From assembly GCA_025558095.1 (NCBI GenBank), contig JAIVFI010000011.1, forward strand, positions 744,001 to 808,000: a stretch of DNA of 64,000 nt, written 5' to 3'. A program made the position numbers and the translations under genes. The notes below the pieces were generated by a model. The model worked only from the letters and a program-made list of their open reading frames with translations, was not told where the DNA came from and did no database searches. Origin of the DNA: Hyaloraphidium curvatum SAG 235-1 (Eukaryota > Fungi > Monoblepharomycota). Positions 43,511-54,573 of the stretch are shown here, piece by piece. Each line of letters begins with the position of its first letter. The stretch's first letter is position 1.

Positions 43511-43640
43511 AAGAGGAGGGGGGTGGGGGGGGGGGGGCTCGGGTGGCGTGAGGCTTCCGCGTTGGGGAGAAAAATCCGTCCATTCGCGCAGAAAAGACAG
43601 GGGAACCGATCCTCCAATGCCCAACGACCGTCCGAAGCCG

Positions 43641-45243
43641 TCACCGCACGATCGGGCACGTGCTCTCCACCGTGAAGAACACGCCCAGCCCCCTGAGCAC
43701 GCTCCACAGCCCGAACGCGACGGTGAAGACGGCGGCGAGGAACGCCCTCACGGCGCCGAAATCCACCGCGAGGCCCAGCACGCGCGACTTCCACCCCTCC
43801 AGGTGGCCCAGCGAGCCGAGGACGCGCTCCTGGTCCTCCAGCGCGGCGAGGACCGCGGCGGAGGCGGTGCGGCGGTGCCGCGCGAGGAGGGAGCGGGCTT
43901 CCTGGCGCGCCGAGTGGAGAAGCGTGGAGAGGCCGGCGACCTGGGCGTTGCTGGCCGCGGTCAGCAGCAGGAGCTTGGCGAAGCTGAAGACGGAAATGGC
44001 GATGCCCGTCAGGTTCCAGAGGGTGACGCAGCTGCCGGTGGCCTGGGAGGCGGAAGGCGGTCGGCGCCCCGTGCGAGAAGCCGGCCGGTCACGTACCAGG
44101 AGGACGACGGCCTGGAACACCGTCAGGGTCCCCATGCTGCGCGTGATGAGCCTCCCTCTGTCGAGCTGCTGCAGCCTCGTGCGGTACGCGGCCGACAGGG
44201 AGCGATGGAGCGCGAAGAACGGCTCCTGCTGCCTCGCAGGATCGAGCGCCTCGGGCGAGGAAAGCGCGGCGCGGTACCGCGCGAGGAACGAAGCCAGGCA
44301 GACGGCCATGGCGCGTGTGTGGAGCCGTTGCTGGAGGTTCAGGATGTTCCATCCGATTTCGAAGGACACCAGCGCCCGGATGAACTGGAAGTCGATCTCG
44401 TACAGCACTTGGAAAGGCGGCATGAGGTGGAGCAGGATCCTAACACGGCGGGGTGCACCAACCGAATAAGGCAAGGACGACGGCGCTCCAGGGTGTGCTC
44501 CAGGTCCGCGCGCCCCACGTGAAAATGGGGGTCCACATCGAAAAGACGACCACGACGAGGTAATAGGCCAGGTTCTCCGCCCGGTCCACCAAGCGCCGCT
44601 CCCATGCCGCCCTGACCGGCAGGCGTCCCGCGCACGCCGCTTCCGTGCAGGGACACAAAGTATCTCCGGCGAGGTGTCGCACCAGAGGGGAGGCCTCGCG
44701 CTCGGTCAGATCTGGGGCCGCCTCGGTGTCTGCCTCTACCCCGGCGGGACCCCGCAGCGCCGCAAGCTGCAGCCAGCGGACCATTCCGGGGAGGGGGTGC
44801 TGGTCGGGTCCCGGTGGTGGCACCGCCGTCGTCTTGGAGCCGCCCCGCGCCAGCAGAAACACCAACGTCAGCACCGGCACCACAAGATACCCGACAACCG
44901 ACAGCACGGTGATGGCAACGAGCGAGGCGGTGGCGAAAAGGCCGTCGTTGAAGGTCCAGAGGACCGCCAGCACGGGCACCATTGTCGCGCACGCGAGGGT
45001 CGCGCCCAGCCCGACGCGGCGCGACCACGGGGCCACCGCCAGCTGCCACCTGAGCTCGCGTGCGAGCGCCGGGAACGGGCGGAGGGCGGACAGCATGTCG
45101 GCGGCCGTCAGGGGCGGCGCGGTGCGCGGCGCGGTCGGCGCGGCGTCCGCGGGCCAGAAGGAGAAGGGCGCGTCCGTCGGCGCCGGAAACAGCGCGAGGC
45201 GCTCGGCCTCGGTGAAGCCGGAGAAGTTCTCGGCGGCCTCCAT
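43641..45243 (-). CDS. 7-TM membrane protein B (frameshift at ~44450)
   Basis: FSGFTEAERLALFP; HLAGDTLCPCTEAACAG; AASNAQV; WKSRVLGLAVDFGAVRAFLAAVFTVAFGLWSVLRG..FTVESTCP. Confidence 0.75.
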
Positions 45244-45387
45244 CCCTCCTTCTTTCCCCAACCCGTGTTGGTCTGGGGCGACGGAATCTTCGAATCTTCG
45301 ACCGATCGCCAACGCAAGATCGGCGCCGCCTGTACCTCCTCCTGAGCCCCGAGCCCCTTTCCTGCCATCGAAGCCTATTGGACCGGC

Positions 45388-46427
45388 ATGCAATCTGACG
45401 AAAACGGGCCGTCGGTGGCGGACGCCATGCCGGGGCCGGGATCCGCGGGCGATGCGGACCCGAGGTGCTCTGCTTGGTCTTCCGCGTGCTGGACGGGACG
45501 GGCGCCAAACGGACGCTTCTGGAGTGTGCCTGTGCTTCCCATGCTCTGAACGACCTCGCCCTCCCCGTCCTGTACGAGCGGCTGAGTCCCGTGGACGCGC
45601 ATTTCCCTTCCTTCATGCCCGCCGCCCAGAGGCACGCCCACCGGGTGCGGCACCTCGAGCTCGACCGCGACAAACTGCATCTCGTGCGCTTCGTCGCCTG
45701 CATGGCCCTCTGTCCATCGCTGCGCAGCCTGCAGCTCAGGCTCGGGCTGCAAGTGTACACGGAAGGGCTCTCTGTGTTGCTCGAGCTCGTCGGGGGCATG
45801 CGCGACCTCGAGCGCCTCGAATTTCACGTCACGCAGCTGAGCGCGGAAGCTTTGTCGCGCGTCATTCTGCCTCCGAGGCTGAAGGAGCTCGTCATTGCCG
45901 GCGGGGTGCCCAGCGATTCGACTTCACTGGTATCGGCCATGGACTGTCTGACCGACCTGAAACGCCTGACATTCCAGATCGGGGGAGATTCGGGAAATTT
46001 CTCGGAGCGTGTTTCTGAAGCGCCGCACGTTGTGTCCGTCGTCAAACAGGCCGCCTTTTACCAGCGCGAAGTGCAGAAGGCTGACGTGCTGTTTCGCCAC
46101 CCGTGCTTCCGACCTGAATCGCTCGTCCTTCACATGGGCAACGGCGAAGATGGAATCCCGCCGTCGGTTGCCTCAGTCAAGGGCCTGAACTTGCTGCACA
46201 TCCTGGCCTGCCGGACGTCGGTCCTCGCCTCCCCCCTGCCCCCCGCGGAGTTCCTCCGCTCGACCGACGTGCGCGCGGACCTCGAACCGGATCAGCTGCC
46301 GGCCGCCGAGCGCACCCTGGAAAGGTATTCACGCGTGAGGGTGTGGGACATATTCTTTGCGCGGGGCGAGGGATCGGCTGCCGACAAGGCGGAGAGGGCC
46401 ATGTGGGGGCTGGAGAAGCGAGAATAG
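45388..46427 (+). CDS. F-box/LRR family member 6 (1-nt shift at ~45460)
   Basis: PEVLCLVF..KRTLLECACASHALNDLALPVLYERL; LFRHPCFRP; AERAMW. Confidence 0.75.
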
Positions 46428-46491
46428 ATTGCCGGCCGGCCGATTTGTTGGATTCATGTGGTGCAGAGTCGAGTGACCTGTTTTAGATAGC

Positions 46492-46690
46492 TTACACCCA
46501 GCACACGCTCTCCACCGTCAGGTACACCCCCGCCCCCCTCAGCAGCCCAAACACACCCACCGCGACGGTCAGCAGCGTCGCCGCCACCGTCCGGATGAGC
46601 CCCATCGACGCAGGTGCCCCCAAGAATGTCGCCCAGACCCCTCCCTTGAGCGCGGACGAGATCACCGCCAGGGCTTGCTCTTCGCCAGCA
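46492..46690 (-). pseudogene. Orphan C-terminal fragment of 7-TM protein C
   Basis: ATFLGAPASMGLIRTVAATLLTVAVGVFGLLRGAGVYLTVESVCWV* is nearly identical to the end of 54574-56135. Confidence 0.8.
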
Positions 46691-46795
46691 GAGGAGGGGA
46701 AGCAGGGGAGATCGAGTGTGGGCGAGGGTTGGCTTTGGGGAGTTTTTGGCAGGTGGAGGATGGGTAGGCTCTATCATCGCACTCGACCATCATGA

Positions 46796-47957
46796 TCAGT
46801 GATCCATGCTGTCACTTCGGCCCCGTGTTCGAGGTTCCAAGATCGCGTCGTTGCTCCGGCAGCCCGATCGCGCCTTTCCGCCGTTCACATCCGCCTTGGC
46901 CGCCTTGGCTGCGGCCAGCAACTCCTCCTTGACGATCTCCAACACACCGAGGAAGCTCCCTCCCCTGGATCCCCGCGAGATGAAGTCCTCGAGATCGATC
47001 TTGGGGTACTCCTTCGCCTCGCCCCCTTCCCCGCAGATGACCAGCGCCGTCCCCCTGCACTCCTCGTCCTCGATCAGCCTCATCACCGCGGCCACGACGG
47101 CTTCCATGGGTGTCCACCAGCCGCCCATCGGCAGCGCGTGCCTCCAAAGGGGGTGCTTGGCGACTTCTTCTGGCGTTGTCCCGGCGCCGATTTTCGTCAT
47201 GATCGGGGTGAACACCGCGCCCGGGCAGATGGCCCCCGTCCGGATCGGCGACCGTTCCAGGCCGGCCTGCCAGGCGCGGGTTTCGAGGTCGCCCTGTAGC
47301 GCGGCGCAGAAGGAGATGATGCCAGCTTTGGCCACATGGTCTGCACGCCGGGGTAAGCATCCGTCGGCACCCTGCCGCCGCGCCGTGCTACCAACAGGAA
47401 TAGCCCTGCTGGGACCACTTGTTGTAGATCCCGTGCATGCCGGCCAGTGAGGAGTTGGCAATAAAGACGCCCGCGGTGCCCCCGTTTAGCCAGTGGTTGG
47501 CCGCGGCCTTGGCGAGCATCATGGTGCCGTACAGGTTGCCGTTGATGGTGTTGATGCTCGCCTCGTCGGGGCCCTCGAGGAAGGAGAGCTCGGCGCCGTA
47601 CCCGGCGTTGGCAAACACGATCTCGCAGCTCCCCAAAGCGTCGACCGCCGCGGTAAATGCCGCCTTGCACGAGGCGAGGTCGTTCAGATCCATCCTGGTG
47701 AACCGCGCGCGGCCCTCGCCGTGCTTCTCCGCGAGGCGGGGGAGCACCTCGGCCGCGAGCGCCTCGTTGCGGTTGGCGATCATGACGCCGCGGCAGCCCT
47801 TGGCGAGAAGCTCCTCGACGACGGCGAGGCCTATTCCCTGGCCAGGCCGGGGAAGGGCGTCGGCGGTACGTCCCCGCGGCGGGATCCGGGGCGGCGAATC
47901 GCGTACCTCCGTGCCTCCCGTCACCAGCGCGACCTTGTCCTTCACGCTGAACACCAT
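46796..47957 (-). CDS. SDR (15-hydroxyprostaglandin dehydrogenase-like), copy 1; 2 introns; stop lost
   Basis: VTGGTEGIG, FANAG, NSS, YHVAK, ICPGAVFT. Confidence 0.85.
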
Positions 47958-48156
47958 TTCCGCGGACGGGGTGCGCTCACGTTCGGAATGGCAAGGGGGG
48001 ACAGACCGGATTCCAACGAAGGTTCCGTCCGTGGGCTGGTCCGAATCCACGCCGCACCAGTCAACCGGCAACTATCGCAACGTACGAACCCAACAGAGAC
48101 CAGGATTAACCAGCGCCTCTTAAGCGGCTGGTGGTATACATGCGTCCATCGACCCC

Positions 48157-48973
48157 CTAAGCCTTGAGGTGCGCGATCTCCTTCGCCAGGTCCTCCTCGG
48201 CGTCGAGGTGGAACAGCTCCCCCCTCTTCTTGCCGTTTGCCGCCAGCGCCGCCAGGAACCCGCCCAGCTTGGCCGTGTCGACGCCCGGGAACCCGAGCTG
48301 GTTCTGGCCGCCGCCAAAGGGCGCGATGCCGAAGTGCACGCAGGCCACGTTGACCCTGGCCGGGGTGCCCTCGTGCTCGCTTGCGAGGGAGAGACCGAGC
48401 GCATTGAGGGCGCCGTTCTTGATCGCGCCTAATGGACGAGAGCAGTCAGGGTCGGCGGTGTTCATCGGCAGGAAGGCACCGACCGGCCCACAGGATCGGC
48501 GCCATCGGGTTGCCGTGCGCCGCGCCGCCCGACACGATCGTGTACGAGGCGTCCGCGCCGTCCTTCATCCGCGGCAGCAGCGCCGCGGCGGCCCTAAAGT
48601 GCGGCTCGAAGCCGTCCTCCAGCGCGGCCCGCAGCTCGGGAACCTTGCTGCCCGTGGCGGCGGCCGCAGGGATGTGAATGAAGCCGAGCGCGGCGACCAC
48701 GTGGTCCGGCCGGGTTCCGAGCGCGGCGGTGACGGCGTCGGCGGCCTTTGCCGCGGCATCGTCCGAGTCGAAAGCGGCCTCCACAATTTTCAGCCGCGAG
48801 AGCGCGTCGTCGCCGGCGGCGGCCGCGAGCTTGGCCTTCAGCTCGGCCGCCTTGGCCGCGTCGCGCGTCGTCACGGCGACGTTGGCGCCCGCGGAGAGGA
48901 ATTCGGCGGCGGCCCCCGACCCAGCGAGACCGGTGCCGCCGAGGATTGCTACGTTCTTGCCAGAGAGGGTCAT
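48157..48973 (-). CDS. Atypical SDR/Rossmann oxidoreductase; 1 intron
   Basis: KNVAILGGTGLAGSG, DHVVAALG, SYTIVSGG, RVN. Confidence 0.8.
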
Positions 48974-49514
48974 GGCGTGTTCGGAAATGGGGAGTGAGGG
49001 CGGGGCCGGTGCGTCGGTGGGGTCGAACGTTCGAAGAGAAGTGCGGGACCACGGCCGGCAACGGCGGGCTCTTATACTCGCGGGTGCGTTTGCTAATCAG
49101 AAGACTGTCGCGCTATCTTTTGGAGAGCGACGGCGAACCGGAACGACTTGCGGATGACCGCGGCGGAACCACCTCGGAACAACTCTAATCCTCACCAGCC
49201 CGGGGCCCGAACCCCGCCCTCCGTCGGTGTGGGACGTTGGCGTGTCGACGCTTCGGCGAGCGGTCGTTTCGCAACAGCCACTTACAAAAGGCACCTTGGG
49301 AAGGACCCGGAACAGGGAATGAGGATCTGCATGGCCTGTCCGCCGTGAGGCGAAGGGAAGCAAACGAGGTGGAGCGATACCTGATCAGGCGCAGCAATGC
49401 CTTTCCATACCTGAATTACTGCCGAGCCAACCGGCTAGCCTCACAGTTAGGAGAGGAGAGGTCCGCGACACGCCGCTTGTGGATCTTGACGCCAATACCA
49501 TTCCGTTCGCGGGA

Positions 49515-50556
49515 TCACATGTTGGCCCCCTCGCCGTACCTCTTCCTCATCTGCACCCCACCCTTCTCCACCGCCCGCTTGACCAGCCGCGCGAAGCTCT
49601 CCGGATCCTGCGCCCCCACCAGCTCGAACGAAATCAGAACCCTGTCGTCCCCGTCTACGCCGCCGTTGGCGTCGACGACCTTGAAGTCGTACCACGGAAC
49701 GCCCGTCACGCCGCGCTCGCGGACCTCGTGCTCCGCCTCGAGGACTTCGCGGCGGAGGGAGGGGGAGCGCAAGAAGGCGAGGGCGGATTGGGCGGCGGAG
49801 GGGGGGAGGCCCAGCGCGGGGAGGAGGGCGGCGAGGTTCTGCCATGGGGGGAAGGTGAGCGGATGCCGATCCGTGCTCCGGGGCGAGCCCACCTCCGGGT
49901 CTGCCACGTCCTTGCCCTCGGCAAATGCCAGGTCGTAGAGCTTCCCCATCGCCCCGTAGCCCAGGCGTTCCGCGTACGCCCCGCGCTCCCTCGCGGGGTC
50001 GGCGTCGGCGAGGCACGGCTCGCCCTCGTGCAGGCCCTGCAGCCAGCGCAGGAGGCGGTGGGCGTCGGTGGTGTCGGGGAGCTTCTTGCCCTTGCCGGCG
50101 GTCTTCAACGGCTTCATGGGGAGCCCGGCTTCCTGGACAAACGCTTTGACCTGTCCGGGCGGGGGGAACTGATCAGGGGCGGCACCACGGGTGATCGGAC
50201 GGGACGGTTTACCCTCGCGCCCTTCTCCTTCCGCTCCATGTCCTCCCACTCGTCCGCCGGCGGCGGCTGCTCCACGGCCTTCTGGTCCGCGGGCCGCTCG
50301 GAGCCGTCAGCGAGCAGCCGCTGCGCGTGGTTCACGAAGAACGGCCGCACGGCGAGGCGGACCTTGGCGGGCGGCAGCAGGGTGCCGAGGGACTCGAGGG
50401 CGGAGGAGAAGCGCGCGTGGGAGAGGTAGCACCTGAGCGATTTAATGGGTGAGGTGAGGGTGGGGGAGACAGGACATGGAAGCGGGGAGGGGCTCACCAC
50501 GGGCACGATACGTCGGCGTACACGTCCACATCGAGCTGCCAGTTGTCCGCGGACAT
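49515..50556 (-). CDS. DsbA/FrnE-like thioredoxin-fold protein; multi-intron
   Basis: Spliced VDVYADVSCPWCYL, VRPF, DTTDAHRLL, GVTGVP, GAQDPESF. Confidence 0.8.
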
Positions 50557-50726
50557 GGCGGCGGCGGCGGGCGGCGGCGGGAGGGCGGGGCGGCGGGGCG
50601 AGACGCGGGGGAACTCGTGCCGATGGGCAGCCGGTCAACAAACCGACGCCGGCCGCGGACCCGGAGATCGGACGGGTTCCGGACAACATAAGGGCGCAAT
50701 CGGTATCATGCAATCGCAAATCCATG

Positions 50727-51623
50727 TCATTGGCATGCAAACCCCCCTGCAGAGCGCCGGCTCCCGTCCCTCGTCCCCGCCGCATCCCCTGGGCACGCCA
50801 ACCCGGCAAACAGCCCGTCCATCAGCCTCTTTACCAGCTCCTTCTGCTCCTCCTCATCCAACCCTCTCTCGTACTCGTCCTTGGACCACGTCCATCCCAC
50901 CTCCGGCTGGGGGCAAAACCTCACCCTCCTCCGTTGCGGTCGCAGCTCGGGGAACAGCGCTCGCCCGCCAATGCTTGTGAGCGCCCAGGTGTGCAGGTCC
51001 TCTTCCGACGGCGGGGAATCGAAGGCGGGGAGCAGAGCGGGGGAGGGGCAGGGGGAGGCGGTCCGTGCGTCGTCGTCCGAATCGGGTTCCGGGTCCGGGG
51101 AGACGGAGCGCCAGTCCACCCCCGACGCCTCCGAGCCGGCGGTCGAGTCGGAGTCTGACCCCGATAGTGCCTCGCCGTCGGGACAGTGGCAGCCCCAGGT
51201 GGCAAGTCCGGGCACGGCGATGGGGATGTCGACGAAGCCGTCCCCCCCATCGGCGTGCTCGGGCGGCGGGTCGGCGTCGGCCGGCAGCGCGAGGAACCGC
51301 GGGCGGGGTGGCGACGGCCGCCGCCATCTCGGCACCGCGGGGGCGGCGGGGAGCGCCCACCAGCGGGGGGACGGCGTCGGTTCTCCCGGGCACCGGCACG
51401 GGCAGGGGTCGTCTCCGTGCGGCGTGGGGCGGTTCCGCGTGTTCGCCCCGTCACCGGGCGGGCAGAGGCAGGTCGGAACGGAGGAAGTGAGCCCGGCCGG
51501 GGTGCTCTCCGACTTTGCGCGCCGGAGCAGCGACCGGACCCATTCCTCGCCCTTGCGCTCGCCCGGGGATCCGAGATCCGAGTTTGTACGGTGCCTCCCA
51601 CTCTGCATGACAGCGGTCTGCAT
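50727..51623 (-). CDS. Disordered protein with a PP1-docking motif (neurabin/Bni4-like)
   Basis: RRRVRFCPQPEVGWTWSKDEYER, i.e. RVxF plus a T(Y/W)S..EY.R extension. Confidence 0.6.
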   Translation of the reverse strand: MQTAVMQSGRHRTNSDLGSPGERKGEEWVRSLLRRAKSESTPAGLTSSVPTCLCPPGDGANTRNRPTPHGDDPCPCRCPGEPTPSPRWWALPAAPAVPRWRRPSPPRPRFLALPADADPPPEHADGGDGFVDIPIAVPGLATWGCHCPDGEALSGSDSDSTAGSEASGVDWRSVSPDPEPDSDDDARTASPCPSPALLPAFDSPPSEEDLHTWALTSIGGRALFPELRPQRRRVRFCPQPEVGWTWSKDEYERGLDEEEQKELVKRLMDGLFAGLACPGDAAGTRDGSRRSAGGFACQ

Positions 51624-52278
51624 ATCCTCTTTTCGATTTGTGGTGCTGAGTTCGTGTTTATGTGCGGCCTGCGGAGCTTCGGCGATTGGGGCGGAGGATC
51701 CATGCGCCGCGCTGCGCCACGCCGGAACCGCCGACGCGCCACCGGCACGGAAAAACGCCGGGGAGCCGGCCCGGACCGAAAATTCAAGACGTTCCGACGT
51801 TGGCAGTGCGGAAGGAGCGGATGGAACGATCAATGGGCCGCAGCAGGTTCTTTGGTTGAAGAGTCCGATCATGGGGACGGGCGGCGTTGCCTGTGGGACT
51901 CGTTGACGCACCGGCCGCCGGTCGTCCACGCCGTCCCACTCGATCGGAAACCGACGTTCTGAGCCGGCGAGTCATGGTCGGGTTGCATGGGGCCTCAAGA
52001 GGTAGCCCCGTGGGAATCCAGGGATGTCGAGTCCCGGTCCGCAGAGTCGCAGCGCCGCCGCCGATGCCGCGGACGCAACGCTCGATCCCGGGTGGACGGA
52101 TCGGATCACTTGCCACGCACCATGTACTTGAGCGCCGCCAGCCCATCGATGTGTTGTCCAGGTGCGGCGGTCAGGGCCCTGAACCTTCCCTCGAACGTTC
52201 GAAGGGACCTCCCACTGGCCCCCTCTTGAGTCCTTCCGATCCCGACCAGTCGCCGCTCCCGCACTTCCGCCCGCCGAA

Positions 52279-53368
52279 ATGGTCTTCAGCGTCAAGGACA
52301 AGGCCGCGCTGGTGACCGGCGGCACGGAGGTGCGCGATTCGCCGCCCGGGATCCCGCCCTATCGAGCCCCTGACGCATTCCCGCGCCTCGCCCGCGCAGG
52401 GAATAGGCCTCGCCGTCGTCGAGGGGCTCCTCGCCAGGGGCTGCAAAGGCGTCATGATCGCCAACCGCAACGAGGCGCTCGCGGCCGAGGTGCTCCCCCG
52501 CCTCGCGGAGAAGTACGGCGAGGGGCGCGCGCGGTTCACCAAGATGGACCTGTACGACCCCGCGTCGTGCAAGGCGGCCTTCGCGGCGGCTGTCGACGCC
52601 TTCGGGAGCTGCGAGATAGTGTTCGCCAACGCCGGCCAGAGCGCCGAGTTCTCCTTCCTCGACGGCCCCGACGAGGGGACAATGAACACGCTCAGCAGCC
52701 TGCTCTTCGGGACCATGATGCTGGCCAAGGCTGCCGTCAACAGTTGGCGCGGCAGCTGGTCGCCGGGCGTCTTCGTCGCCAACGCGTCGCTGACCGGCCT
52801 GCACGGCGTGCACGACAAGTACTGCCTGCCGTTCAACTCCTGTGGGCCGCCCGATCCCTCCCGCCCCGCTTTTCCTGACGCCCCCCTGTGCCCAGACTAC
52901 ACCTCCAAGGCCGGCCTCATCGGCTTCTGCGCCGCGCTGCAGGGCGACCTCGAAGCGCGCGCGTGGCAGGCCGGCTTGGACCGCTCGCCGATCAGGACGG
53001 GCGCCGTGTGCCCCGGCTCCGTGTTCACCGGGCTGTTCCCCAAGAGCGGCATCGGGAAAACGGAGGAGGAAGCCGCGGCGTCGCCGCTGTGGCGGCACAT
53101 GCTGCCGATGTTCGGGGGTTGGACGCCCATGGAGGCCGTCGTCGCGGCGGTGGTGCGGTTGATTGAGGACGAGGAGTGCAGGGGGACAGCTCTGGTCGTC
53201 AGCGGGGAGGGAGGGGAGGCGAAGGAGTACCCCAAGATCGATGTGGAAGACTTCCTTTCACGCGGGGGCAAGCCGGGGAGCTGCGTGGGGGAGGTGGAGA
53301 CCATCAAGCGGGAGCTGCTGGACGCGGCCAACGAGGCCAGGGCGGGTGCGGGGGGGGGGAAGGCGTGA
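52279..53368 (+). CDS. SDR copy 2 (inverted paralog of 46796-47957); 2 introns
   Basis: Near-identical N-terminus MVFSVKDK.ALVTGGTE; YYTSK; same intron positions. Confidence 0.88.
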
Positions 53369-53479
53369 TCGGGACTCAGGGACTGATCATCCGGGTGCCA
53401 GAAGAACGAGACAGGATCGTGGACATGACCGGGGTCCGGCGAAGGAAATAGAGTGACATGCGCAAATAGCCCGATCGTG

Positions 53480-54412
53480 TCAGCACCGGAAAGTAGTCAG
53501 CCGTCCTCCAGTGAGCCTCCTCCACATGGCCGCCTCCGCCGCATCGTGCGGGCAGGTCGCCCCCCTTCTCAGGCGAAGCCGCATAACATCCACCGCACCG
53601 TAAAGGCCCTGCAGAAGCACTTCCAGGGCCGCACACTGGTGCTCATCCACAGTTGCTTTGAACACGTTGATGACCAGCCGCTTCGCGGGGGGCAGCGCCG
53701 CGCCCAGGAGGACCGACGTCGCGCCGGCGCGCAGCTCGAGCTCCTCGAGGCCCCGAAGCGAGGCCAGGAGAGGATGTAACCGCAGCGGCTGCCAGTCACG
53801 GTCGCGGTCCAGGCCGATGGAAACCGATGCCGGCCGGAAGCGCGGGCTCCGAAACAGGGCGTCGGCGTACCGGAGGTGGTCACAGGGAAAACTTAGACTC
53901 GCGATGACGGACACGGCGCGCTCGTATGATGGCAGTCGCTCCAGGAGCTGCGGAACGAAGCGGCCCGTCGTCCGGATTTCCAGAGTCTCCAGGTTGGCGG
54001 CGGCGGAATCGAGCAATTCCAGCGTGCGCCTGGGGTTACGGGGACACGGTCCGTCGATAGCGAGATGCTTCAAAAAGGGGGTAACGAATCCAGCGAAAGG
54101 TAGTCCAACGACGAGGTCAGAAGCTCCAGCCGCGTTAGATTCGACATGCCGGCCAGGAGCCCGAAGGCCTTGGGCGCCGACCAAGAAAGACCAAGGATCA
54201 GGCTGCGAAGCGCCTCGAACATGGCCAGGCACGCACAGAAGCGCCCGTGGGAAGCAAAGTGGCGGTCGTCGAGCTCCAGGTCGCGGACCAAGTATGCGTG
54301 CCCCGGGCCGCTCGCCATGAATGAGGGCGACGACGCGTGAGACGCGCTCTCGGAAGATTGACGAGCCTTGGGCCGTGGGAGAATTCCCTGCCAAAATCCC
54401 TTGGCCAGCCAC
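53480..54412 (-). pseudogene. F-box/LRR family member 7, F-box region degraded, frameshift at ~54075
   Basis: PSFMA...HAYLVRDLEL..ACLAMF, LFRSPRFRP, AAEAAMWRRLTGGR. No recognisable F-box upstream. Confidence 0.7.
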
Positions 54413-54573
54413 GTCGGGTCCGACTTCACGAGTCTCCCTTCAAGGCGGCACTGACGTTCTATTCGATTGCTACACCGGACTGCGAAGACTTTCTGGTCTA
54501 AGCCTGCAGTTTTCAAGCGGGAGCCGAACGGGAGGCGGACGGAACTTTCCTCGCGACCTCGCCTCGGTAAACA

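Noticed and set aside
43500-43545. Long G run as a functional G-quadruplex
   Set aside because: It lies in a decayed fragment and nothing supports a function.
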